Shown here: positions 58,301-64,000 of the stretch, one piece after another
Layout of the letters: the number at the start of each line of letters is the position of its first letter
Numbering within the stretch: position 1 is the stretch's first letter
Notes under the pieces: model-generated
Seen by the model: only the letters and a program-made list of their open reading frames with translations
Told to the model about the DNA's origin: nothing
Databases searched by the model: none
Assembly (NCBI GenBank): GCA_965649765.1
Contig: OZ287754.1
Location: forward strand, 14,136,001-14,200,000
Reading direction: 5' to 3'
Length of the DNA stretch: 64,000 bases
Source: Bispira polyomma
Lineage: Eukaryota
Translations under genes and position numbers: made by a program

Positions 58301-61300
58301 TTAAGTTGAAGGTTGACCAGAGTAGACCAAGTTTTCTGTCCTCGACAGTGCTTTGATTAACTGACGGTACTCATGGAGAGGACTGAGTCGTTACTATAAC
58401 AAATACTTGTAAATCTGACACAGTTGTTTGTTATGTTCTCTTTAACGGGAAATATACAGCAATATTTTCAAATAATGAGATTTAATTAATCAAGTACTTT
58501 TAGGTTGTCCATAAGTTATAATATTTTGTTAAATAAAAACATAAGCCTTATCCAGATGGTATAGTCAGTCTTATAGCTTGGCAGAGAATCCACCAATTAA
58601 ATTTGTTAAAATGCGAATATGTAAAAAACATAGAATCTGATATGAACTAGCAGTTAAGCCCCATATAAATCCATCCATATCACCGAAACTAAAATGAATG
58701 TTGAAAATAGTTATTTCTACTTTTACAACATTAGGGTTCAGTGTTATCCTTAAGGTATAGCATGATGTAAATAAAATCCAACATGTGGTCAGGTCAATAT
58801 CACCTAACTGATGTCGAACAATATTGACCATACCTCTGGGGTTATATTTCCTCATATGGCCTGTTTGAACAATTTATATTCTGTAAAAATACCAATATTA
58901 TTTTTCTTGATATCATGAAGTACTCTTGTTATGAATACACAGGACTTTACCGGCAGTTAAACTCCTGTTTGGGTGATACCTATTGTTAAAATCAGGTGCT
59001 TCTTTTTAAAGAATGTACTGTCTGCTTTCTGGGCCACATTATTGAATGACCTTGTTTAATAAATTACTCAGTTCAAGTTTACATCTGTACATCATATTCA
59101 GTAACTTTTAAATATATAATACATTTATTCATCAAAATTATGATATAAAATTATATTAACAGAAAATTGCATCGCCTTACCTTTATTTATAATTATAATG
59201 GGTGTATGTGTATTTAGAAATTCGAAATGACTAAAAAATACAGTTTGTTACCGTCGCGTTAGTTTTCAGCAGTTTAAGTCAGAGAATTGCCTCGAATCAG
59301 GTGTTTCTTTAAATTAATAGTCCTCGCCTTCGGCTCAGACCATTATCTTAAAGAAACACCTGATTCTTGGCTATTCTCCTACACATAATACTTCTTCACC
59401 AGTTTTGCATATCGATTTACCCACCTTGTTGAAATACTGATGTTAATTTTTTATGATAAGATTGTTTATTTGGTTTTATATTTGTCATATTTTATAATTA
59501 ATTTTAGAATATCTATACAATTTTTAACTTAACTACTTATTTTAGAGTATTATTTTACTAATTTCAGTACTTTTGAAGTTTGTACTGAAGTTTTGCTTTA
59601 ATCAGAGTGGGTAAAATAACTCTCTAACTGCACAACAACCCTTGGTCTGATTCATGTCAAGCTTTGGTAAAACTATAATGCCATTTATAATTGTCATTTT
59701 TAGATTGTAATGCCAAGTGGTGCCAAAGTTGTAGCCACAGAGGATAAACATTGGCACCTTAATGTTGATGTTTTTCTGCCAAGTGAATTCTACAATACTA
59801 CTTCTGGACTGTGTGGCATTTGGGATGGGGATGCCAGCAATGACTTTCAGCTACAATTTAGTAATGAAATAGTTTCCAGTTCCGAAAGTCTGCCCAAAGT
59901 GTTTACAGATTCTTTTAGGTAGCGACTAGTAGGGTTTCTTTTATCAAAGATTCGTATGCAGCAAGAGTGTTTGATAATGTTCTTCCCTGTTTTGTGGCCT
60001 TAGGATAGCATTATATATTTCAAAAATGTTAACCAATTAGTTCCTAATTAAGACTTGACAAACAATTTGCCACATTTTTTGCAATACATTCTAAAAAGTT
60101 TGTAAGGGCCTGATGTAGGAATATGCATATATATATATAGATATGTGTGCTACATTGTCATTAAGAAAGTACGTAGAGTAGCCAAAATAGAATAAATTAA
60201 AAGCAGTTCACGGACTGTAAAGTCAAGTATATTTAACTTACTAAGCAAAGTTCATTGCACTATAGAGAAGTAAATGCTATTTTGTAAAGCACAGTGGGTT
60301 GTTTCTACTTGATCTTTCATTATACTCGGATACATTTTTGGTTTATCATTGTGTTTCGATTCAATTGTTTACCTTACGTACCTTTTAGTATGGCCCTTGC
60401 AAGTAATAGTTTTTGACAGTACTCGCTGGATGTCAGAACAGTAGGAAGAAAGTAAGATGTCAGATGGTAAACAAATATCTGAAAAATCAAAGAAAGCTTT
60501 GAATTAATTTTATTCAACCCTTAAATTACCCTTAAATGATAAAACATCTTGTTGTTTTGAAAATGTAATGATCGTGACCCCTTTATTTTTGCTTCAATAC
60601 ACCATTTATTTGTTGAATGTAATAACGCTACTCAAAACCTTAACTATCTATTTTTGGGGCCCAATTTCATGAGAAACAGTAAAGCTAGGTCATCCATTCC
60701 AAGTTGTACTTTTTGTAGTTTTGCACTAATGTTCAATAATCTGAACTTTAATAATACCAGGATTAGCTCTGCCCATGCTTCCTGATATGAATATTTATTT
60801 TCATACTGTACTGCCCGTAGGTTTTTTTTTTTCATTTCTGTCTGTCCGTTTGTTATGTCACATATGAGATATATGACAGAATCAAAGGTCAGTTAATGCT
60901 TATTTTTGGTCTTGTATTATTATTATATACAAACTTTGTACTTGCATTGACAGTATTCAAATAGTGGATCATGTCAGCCTTATTACAACCAAAATGGCTG
61001 CCATAGTACTTTTCCTAATAAAGGGACAACAAGATTCAAACCCAATCTGGCAATCTTAAAAGTTATGCAGCCTAGCATTAGAAGTTTCTTTGTTTTACAA
61101 GATATGCATTACATAAGCTAAATATATATTACATGCTAATATGTTATAAATATGTGTTTACATCTCTGTTTGATCAAATATTTTAGCTTTTCTATTTTCT
61201 TTATATTTTAGTGTATGCATTATTTTGAAACATATATTCGGAAACCCACAATTTCCTATTATTTCTACTTTGATTGAAGTTTACTTAGTTAGGAAATAGA

Positions 61301-63864
61301 CACTGTTTCTGGAAATAGATAACCCAATCTAATCCGCCATAAGTATAACAGCTGAATGTATCTCCAAGTTATTTGTATAACAGTTTAACTTCATTCCAAA
61401 ATCACTGCAACAACCACATGGATCTCTGTCATAACTGTCTTGCTTCTTGGTTGTCAACACTAACTTTAGATTACATTTGTTTGAATCCAGAGATCAAAGT
61501 TTACATCAACAATATTTGCATTCTAGTGAGATAATATGTTTAGATTACATTCAAAATTTTCTCTGTTAAATTGTTGTTATAGAGGTTTATGCCTTGATTT
61601 TCCTAAATTAAACTGTACATTTGTACAAACCCTTTAAATGCAGAACTAATTTGCCATAATTACAAAGTAGCTATTTCGTATTATTTTAGAATTCCAAAAG
61701 GAGAAAGCTTTTTTGAAACAAACCCATGTGTGGAACTTCTTGATCCAGAAGCTTTCTATTACTGCGAATGTGTTCAAGGCGAGGTCAACTGTGTCAACAC
61801 TAGAACAATAACAGATGTTGCAATTGGTATTTTTTTTAAATGATTTAATTTGATGCTTTACAATACCACTAAGATGGGTAATTGTTTGAACTAATAGCAT
61901 CCATTTAAAGATAGCATTTTCTGACTTTATATATTTGTTTAATTTTTCAGAGGTTACAACTAAACATAGTGGCAGTTCTCTTACAACCACAATGTGCATG
62001 TTCAGCATATTGCCGGGTGACACATTACATGTCCATATACATTACATGTCCATATACTACGGATTTTATGAATGGAAAAAAAGAGTCTCGTAGTTCTTGG
62101 TTAATGAATGAAAGTCAGAGTTTTTGTCACTTTTGTGGAGTGCAGATTTAATATTGTTAAATGGAGTATTGAATGACGCATTTATATAGCTATATATGTC
62201 AAAAAACGTTGTTTTTGTCATTTAGGGGCACTCACTTTACTGTGCTATTTTCCAGGTAAAATCAACTGCAAAAGCTGCTTTTGCAATATAAAGTTATCTT
62301 ACAAACTAAGTATCAGTTTTCTATTAATAATAAAATGGATAACCTTTCAGCCAAAATGTCCAGAACTAGTTCAACTATTACCCAATAGTCACTCTTAAAA
62401 TCATTATAATTATATTTACAGATAATACATTTTCTAATGTTTGTGCCAGCAAGCGCAAAAGACAAGCAGATGACTTTAACCTGATATTTGCTGACCTGGC
62501 TGAAGAAGAGGAGGATACTCAACCAATGTCAGTATAAATACTTTGTACCATCTAACCAACTTATAATTTAAGAGATGCAAAACCAATTCCAGTATAAATA
62601 CATTCTACCTGCTAACCAACATATAATTTAAAAGATGCAAAACCAATGTCAGTATAAATACTTTGTACATTCTAATCAACTTATAATTTAAGATGTTCAA
62701 AACCCATGTAAGTATAAATGCATTGTATCTTGTTACCCATTTGGAACTGAAGAGATACAAAACGTGTGAAGAACAGGTGTAAGAGGTAGGAAGTACTTGT
62801 TTATGAAGTCTGCATACTTACATATGAGGAAGTTTAACTCTCTGATTTTTGATTCGGGAAGAACCATCAACCATGTGTTTTTCTCTTCTCATTCAAACAA
62901 AAGGTCAATATTAACGCACCACAGGGACCAGATGTTAAACATTAATATTATGTCATTTATGCTAAGGATTGTTTCTGTATTGTGTGATTTTACCTTTGAC
63001 ATACATATATTAAAATATGTACAGCAGTACACATTGACACTGATTAAGATTTTTTACCAGTAGATATAAAGACCAATATTTTAAAAAAATGTTGTATTTA
63101 ATAACTTTTTCTATCATCTGTATGTATGAAGAGATTTGGAACAAAATAATTCACAGTTGGATAACTTTGATAAAGGTTTTGCATTTGATGTTCTTACCTG
63201 TGGAATAATTTACCTCATGGCATCAGGAAGGTCATACCTTATATTCCTTTTGTCGCAGATTAAAAACATATTTCCTCCATATCTGTCTCCAAGTTACCAC
63301 TTGATCCTCTGTTGTTGACTTTTTTACATTGATTTTTGAATAGTGACTATCATTTAACCCAGAGCCTTTATTGTAATCAAAAACAATTGATAAATATTTG
63401 GATAATAATAAAAAGCGGGGTCTGAACTGAAATTCTTGTCTGAATTCTAAAAATTAAAGCATCTGAATGAAAGTTTATGTATAATAATTTTTTTGTTACT
63501 GTTATGTTCTGTCTTATTAAAGTCTAAAAAACATAAGTCACAAAATGTTAAAATTGACAATGGTATGTCCAGCTTATGGAAAGTACACAACAAAATGTAG
63601 GAGAGTACTTTTTCTATGCCTGATATACTTTGTTGATGACAGCTTGTATCTTATCCAGTCATATGTACTGCATTAAAATATCAACCATGTGTTTTATAAC
63701 ATTTCAGTGAGCTTACTTGGCCAACTCCGTCGGGTATTACTAAAGATGAAGCAATTGAAAAGTGCAATGCAGTTCTTCAAGAATCTCTTGCATATGATCT
63801 GTGCCAGAATGTTGTGACTGTAGACACTGAGGAAATAAAAAGCATCTGTAGATTAGATATACAG
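6143..63864 (+). CDS. VWDE: VWDE-like secreted protein gene with an internally duplicated ~914-aa module; 31 exons in window, partial at the 3' end and probably the 5' end
   Basis: 31 exons with AG/GT boundaries splice in one open frame. Motifs: D8C (DPC..RS..CD..GxWYxF..CGT..IW..HP..CC..C..YC), VWD start CxSVTDPHIKSFD and end TSGLCGTWDGDATNDF, WPTxSGIT..C, EGF CINQCSGHGLCNNGTCDC..GADCS. This order matches the VWDE family; the symbol denotes family likeness, not proven orthology. Exon n is paralogous to exon n+17. Confidence 0.88.
7057..7321 (-). mobile_element. tRNA-derived SINE, full length
   Basis: Reverse-complement copy of the 8003-8247 SINE with pol III A/B boxes; 12-bp TSD ACTAAACATCAT at 7045-7056 and 7322-7333. 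Confidence 0.85.
7352..7382. repeat. (TG)n microsatellite
   Basis: About 15 perfect TG units. Confidence 0.95.
7586..8759. mobile_element. MITE with TGTTACAGTGAATAT terminal inverted repeats, inserted in a TA run
   Basis: TGTTACAGTGAATAT...ATATTCACTGTAACA; subterminal GGGAATA..TATTCCC palindromes; flanked by (TA)n. Confidence 0.8.
8003..8247 (+). mobile_element. tRNA-derived SINE inserted inside a MITE
   Basis: A box TGGCCTTGTGG, B box GAGTTCGAATCC; imperfect TSD aattaat..tgtgtgaggg on both sides. Confidence 0.85.
9110..9635 (+). mobile_element. Helitron/Helentron-type non-autonomous element with about 3 internal ~145-bp tandem repeats (AAGATGGCCGCC motif)
   Basis: Units start near 9201, 9344, 9492; preceded by a ctgtccatccgtctatctgtcc microsatellite typical of such elements. 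Class assignment is inference. Confidence 0.6.
12114..12227 (+). CDS. Exon E2: D8C domain 1 (GNWYTFDTHTGGKMPETCPEFYSCGTQAPIWFNDVHPT)
   Basis: 114 nt, phase 1-1, canonical splice sites; same length as paralogous E19. Confidence 0.9.
12498..12650 (-). mobile_element. SINE fragment (3' part), related to the 7057/8003 family
   Basis: gggtttaatgtcgctttcaaca..cagtacatactagttggtcaagattctgca..actttcccata resembles the SINE core; similar fragments near 46430-46610 and 47300-47355. Confidence 0.5.
13438..15096. mobile_element. Non-autonomous DNA transposon with long TIRs (TGTTACAGT..), inserted in a TA run
   Basis: TGTTACAGTTAATCTGTGAAACCAGTCATTACGC at left, inverted at right; repeated palindrome CAGTCATTACGCGTAATGACTG; TATA flanks. 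Confidence 0.85.
15146..15352 (+). CDS. Exon E3: end of D8C domain 1 (..VCVNINSCCEIAYDIQVKKCPDEKYIYRLAEPVACDLAYCAGSGLPCEPG..)
   Basis: 207 nt, phase 1-1; Cys pattern shared with E20. Confidence 0.88.
15644..15801 (+). CDS. Exon E4: Ig-like region (YPVMSGPPHLSDP..FQFRCTINYSD..FEVYWYFDNEE)
   Basis: 158 nt; paralog E21 has the same length and 44/53 identical aa. Confidence 0.9.
17072..17703. mobile_element. PIF/Harbinger-type MITE
   Basis: TIR TGTCCTGGTCACACCTACAC / GTGTAGGTGTGACCAGGTCA; TTA target-site duplication at 17069-17071 and 17704-17706. Confidence 0.85.
17892..17975 (+). CDS. Exon E5 (DPNVGPEQIDGTEAYLDELKLVGHVGKT)
   Basis: 84 nt, phase 0-0; paralog E22. Confidence 0.9.
18924..19016 (+). 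CDS. Exon E6 (VSCGARSYWPDHPNTPSDTLISDNGYWVGIK)
   Basis: 93 nt, phase 0-0; paralog E23. Confidence 0.9.
19491..19624 (+). CDS. Exon E7 (VPAEVNLTESKADTTIELESTVPITCGCCRKTDTQDGFKDQTEC)
   Basis: 134 nt, phase 0-2, gtaagt donor; paralog E24 differs at only 4 nt. Confidence 0.9.
20974..21040 (+). ncRNA. Type I hammerhead ribozyme motif, probably from a Penelope-like element or retrozyme
   Basis: Stem I ACAGCCT/AGGCAGT; core CTGATGA 20981-20987; stem II GAATACC-cata-GGAGTTC; GAAA 21006-21009; stem III TATATTAA-ccaata-TTAATATA; AUA cleavage triplet 21031-21033. Confidence 0.75.
22345..23117. mobile_element. hAT-type MITE
   Basis: TIR CAGGGTCGGGG / CCCCAACCCTG; perfect 8-bp TSD GTGTGTAC (22337-22344, 23118-23125); subterminal GTAATAG repeats. 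Confidence 0.88.
25742..25958 (+). CDS. Exon E8 (FEIKMNSAPKISNVPSNCIAIF..IWKDYNIGPSK)
   Basis: 217 nt, phase 2-0; overlaps ORF 25755-25982; paralog E25. Confidence 0.88.
26780..26938 (+). CDS. Exon E9: VWD domain start (GLCESVTDPHIKSFD..)
   Basis: 159 nt; TDPH motif as in VWDE-type VWD domains; paralog E26. Confidence 0.92.
27752..27946 (+). CDS. Exon E10: VWD domain (VACNCGVAIREGN..)
   Basis: 195 nt, phase 0-0; paralog E27. Confidence 0.92.
28021..28721 (-). mobile_element. Solo LTR (probably Gypsy-type)
   Basis: TGTTAC...GTAACA ends; near-TSD GTAG/ATAG; TATA (ggtatatataagg) and AATAAA on the minus strand; absent from the paralogous intron after E27. Confidence 0.7.
28800..29221 (-). mobile_element. 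Possible decayed tyrosine-recombinase (DIRS/Ngaro-like) fragment
   Basis: AFLEYLVQTDSSPYTINKYLAVIKHL resembles the N-terminal SAM-like helix region of YR retroelement recombinases; no catalytic motifs recognisable. Confidence 0.3.
29437..29651 (+). CDS. Exon E11: VWD domain end (MPSGAKV..TSGLCGTWDGDATNDF..FTDSFR)
   Basis: 215 nt, phase 0-2; classic VWD GLCG.WDG...NDF motif; paralog E28. Confidence 0.93.
30862..31004 (+). CDS. Exon E12 (IPKGQSFFETDPCVELLDPEAFHYCRCAGGTSKINCENTGTIEDDPI)
   Basis: 143 nt, phase 2-1; paralog E29. Confidence 0.9.
31165..31931. mobile_element. Harbinger-type MITE related to 17072-17703 (right end intact, left end degenerate)
   Basis: Ends GTGTGACCAGGGCA followed by TAA; CpG/AAACG-rich body. 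Confidence 0.55.
32679..35410 (+). mobile_element. Helitron/Helentron-type non-autonomous element interrupted by a BEL/Pao insertion
   Basis: 5' palindrome GTATCCACCGACTCGGTGGATAC; matching subterminal GTGGATAC 35367-35374; 3' hairpin GCATCGG-ttct-CCGATGC then CTAG; internal repeats (aaaagtgctta..ctataggaaatcatgggct) continue across the insertion. Confidence 0.72.
33290..35223 (+). mobile_element. BEL/Pao LTR retrotransposon, internally deleted; pseudogenised integrase and intact 3' LTR (34567-35223)
   Basis: Integrase motifs DYFGPF, FTC..TRAVHIEV, IWSDNGTNF, WTFNPPEASHMGGVWER, LTPNHLL with stops; both LTR starts TGTAACACCTAGTTTAAA; 5-bp TSD GCAAC (33285-33289, 35224-35228). Confidence 0.9.
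37273..37985 (-). mobile_element. 5'-truncated LINE (L2/CR1-like) ORF2 C-terminus, 3' UTR and tail
   Basis: ANAFVSSRLDYCNSLF..LQCIQNSAARIV..ITPVLKKLHWLPV; AATAAAAG followed by (ATTACA)n-type tail. Confidence 0.88.
38119..38224 (+). CDS. Exon E13: linker with KRKR basic site and acidic tract (DEYPNLCANKRKRQVDDFNLIFADLAEEEEDTQP)
   Basis: 106 nt, phase 1-2; paralog E30 has the same length. Confidence 0.88.
38650..39560 (-). mobile_element. Highly degenerate LINE remnant, partly shared with the paralogous intron (about 62800-63200)
   Basis: Minus-strand VANALVSSHLDYCNS at ~39040-39080; homologous text occurs in the E30-E31 intron. Confidence 0.55.
40099..40255 (+). CDS. Exon E14 (DLSWPTQSGITEEEAIEKCNDVLQESLAYDLC..ICRLDIQ)
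   Basis: 157 nt, phase 2-0; WPTxSGIT motif characteristic of VWDE-like proteins; paralog E31. Confidence 0.92.
41518..41725 (+). CDS. Exon E15: includes EGF-like start (CINQCSGHGLCNNGTCDC)
   Basis: 208 nt, phase 0-1; EGF Cys spacing. Confidence 0.9.
41946..42109 (+). CDS. Exon E16 (YLGADCSFRKGTAPTIKDVALGGICDTYLGTCHG..CRFTSIE)
   Basis: 164 nt, phase 1-0; completes the EGF (GADCS). Confidence 0.88.
42683..42916 (+). CDS. Exon E17 (..VFCQLP..YNLALSLDGEVFS..IFNSVCVDCTSDGFCTIK), IPT/TIG-like region
   Basis: 234 nt, phase 0-0; overlaps ORF 42671-42928. Confidence 0.88.
43831..43984 (+). CDS. Exon E18: junction exon, module-1 end (PDTCAIDGKCY) fused to D8C-2 start (C..RSAAYK..CDASHIEEG)
   Basis: 154 nt, phase 0-1; 3' half aligns with E1 (RS..Y..CD..I.EG) and uses the same donor position. 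Confidence 0.87.
45226..45339 (+). CDS. Exon E19: D8C domain 2 (GKWYRFNQYTGNEIPEQCISTGHCGTKNTIWLDGMHPT)
   Basis: 114 nt, phase 1-1; paralog of E2 (17/38 aa identical). Confidence 0.9.
46725..46952 (+). CDS. Exon E20: end of D8C domain 2 (TCANYYDEGCCDWSAPVTVKYC..YQLMPPPVCETAFCSGNIMPC..)
   Basis: 228 nt, phase 1-1; paralog of E3. Confidence 0.9.
47637..47794 (+). CDS. Exon E21 (paralog of E4)
   Basis: 158 nt; FPVMSGPPHLSDPIAPEDLF..WYFDNEE. Confidence 0.9.
48662..48745 (+). CDS. Exon E22 (paralog of E5)
   Basis: 84 nt; DPNVGPEQIDRTEAYLDELKLVGHVGKT. Confidence 0.9.
49309..49401 (+). CDS. Exon E23 (paralog of E6)
   Basis: 93 nt; VSCSAMSYWPDHQNTSSDTLMSDNGYWVGIK. Confidence 0.9.
50601..50734 (+). 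CDS. Exon E24 (paralog of E7)
   Basis: 134 nt, phase 0-2. Confidence 0.9.
50912..51134 (+). CDS. Exon E25 (paralog of E8, 2 codons longer)
   Basis: 223 nt, phase 2-0; overlaps ORF 50877-51158. Confidence 0.9.
51306..51600. repeat. Intronic tandem repeat, ~85-bp unit, about 3.4 copies
   Basis: acagatattgtcagcaaatgtcatacataggttta..gggtatagtttgcttg recurs near 51306, 51389, 51475, 51562. Confidence 0.85.
52322..52480 (+). CDS. Exon E26: VWD-2 start (GHCKSVTDPHIKSFD)
   Basis: 159 nt; paralog of E9. Confidence 0.92.
52925..54556. mobile_element. Inserted element (Helentron/HINE-like) with a long internal inverted repeat and a ~138-bp satellite array (about 53510-54280)
   Basis: Absent from the paralogous E9-E10 intron; unit aaaaatccttaatatctcagaaacggtgagagatagagtgatttcggctgaattttgggcccacagggtata.. 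repeated about 5-6 times. Confidence 0.7.
54929..55123 (+). CDS. Exon E27: VWD-2 (paralog of E10)
   Basis: 195 nt; VACNCGVAIREGN. Confidence 0.92.
55847..57570 (+). mobile_element. Young 5'-truncated LINE (L2/CR1-like) with near-intact RT, nested in an older LINE remnant (about 55270-55846 and 57571-57940)
   Basis: ORFs 55766-56638 and 56639-57214 are in the same frame, split by one TAG; LLDLSAAFDTIDH, GVPQGSVLGPILF, FYADDTQLY; (TAGAT)n tail; candidate TSD GATTGT. Confidence 0.92.
59282..59378. repeat. ~97-bp imperfect palindrome (probable transposon end)
   Basis: GAGAATTGCC..GAATCAGGTGTTTCTTTAA ... TTAAAGAAACACCTGATTC..GGCTATTCTC around a cgccttcggct loop. Confidence 0.75.
59704..59918 (+). 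CDS. Exon E28: VWD-2 end (paralog of E11)
   Basis: 215 nt; TSGLCGIWDGDASNDF. Confidence 0.93.
61690..61826 (+). CDS. Exon E29 (paralog of E12, 2 codons shorter)
   Basis: 137 nt, phase 2-1; IPKGESFFETNPCVELLDPEAFYYCEC. Confidence 0.9.
62422..62527 (+). CDS. Exon E30 (paralog of E13; CASKRKRQADDFNLIFADLAEEEEDTQP)
   Basis: 106 nt, phase 1-2. Confidence 0.88.
62521..62764. repeat. 60-bp minisatellite (4 copies) overlapping the E30 donor site; degenerate paralog at 38219-38560
   Basis: aaccaatgtcagtataaatac..aaccaactt..aagagatgcaa with an exact 60-nt period. Confidence 0.88.
63708..63864 (+). CDS. Exon E31 (paralog of E14; ELTWPTPSGITKDEAIEKC..); gene continues beyond window
   Basis: 157 nt, ends CAG|gtatcg with no stop codon. 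Confidence 0.92.
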
Positions 63865-64000
63865 GTATCGGTCTATGGTCATATTATCAAACCGTTTGAT
63901 CTAAAACGGTACATCCTGGCATAGTCTGGCTGTATTTAAGTTTAATTAGTATTTGAATCCTGCAAATAAAGCCGTGTGTTATAGGTGTTGTAGTAGCATC

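Overview
AT-rich metazoan (invertebrate-type) genomic DNA. Almost the whole window is one + strand multi-exon gene. I reconstructed 31 GT-AG exons by hand (6143-63864, about 4880 nt, about 1630 aa in-window) with consistent phases and no stops. It encodes a secreted VWDE-like (von Willebrand factor D and EGF domain) protein. The whole ~914-aa, 17-exon module (uromodulin/GP2-type D8C Cys-rich domain, Ig-like/beta-rich region, VWD, KRKR site, WPTxSG Cys-helical region, EGF, IPT-like region) is repeated in-frame within the same ORF, joined by a chimeric exon at 43831-43984. The gene runs off the right edge, and its first coding exon is uncertain. Introns hold many nested mobile elements: L2/CR1-like LINE remnants, tRNA-SINEs, Harbinger, hAT and TGTTACAG-ended (Ginger-like) MITEs, Helitron/Helentron-type elements with internal tandem arrays, a deleted BEL/Pao LTR element and a solo LTR. 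One intron contains a structurally complete type I hammerhead ribozyme motif on the sense strand (20974-21040). Most ORFs in the supplied track are spurious or partial exons. All alignments and counts were done by eye.
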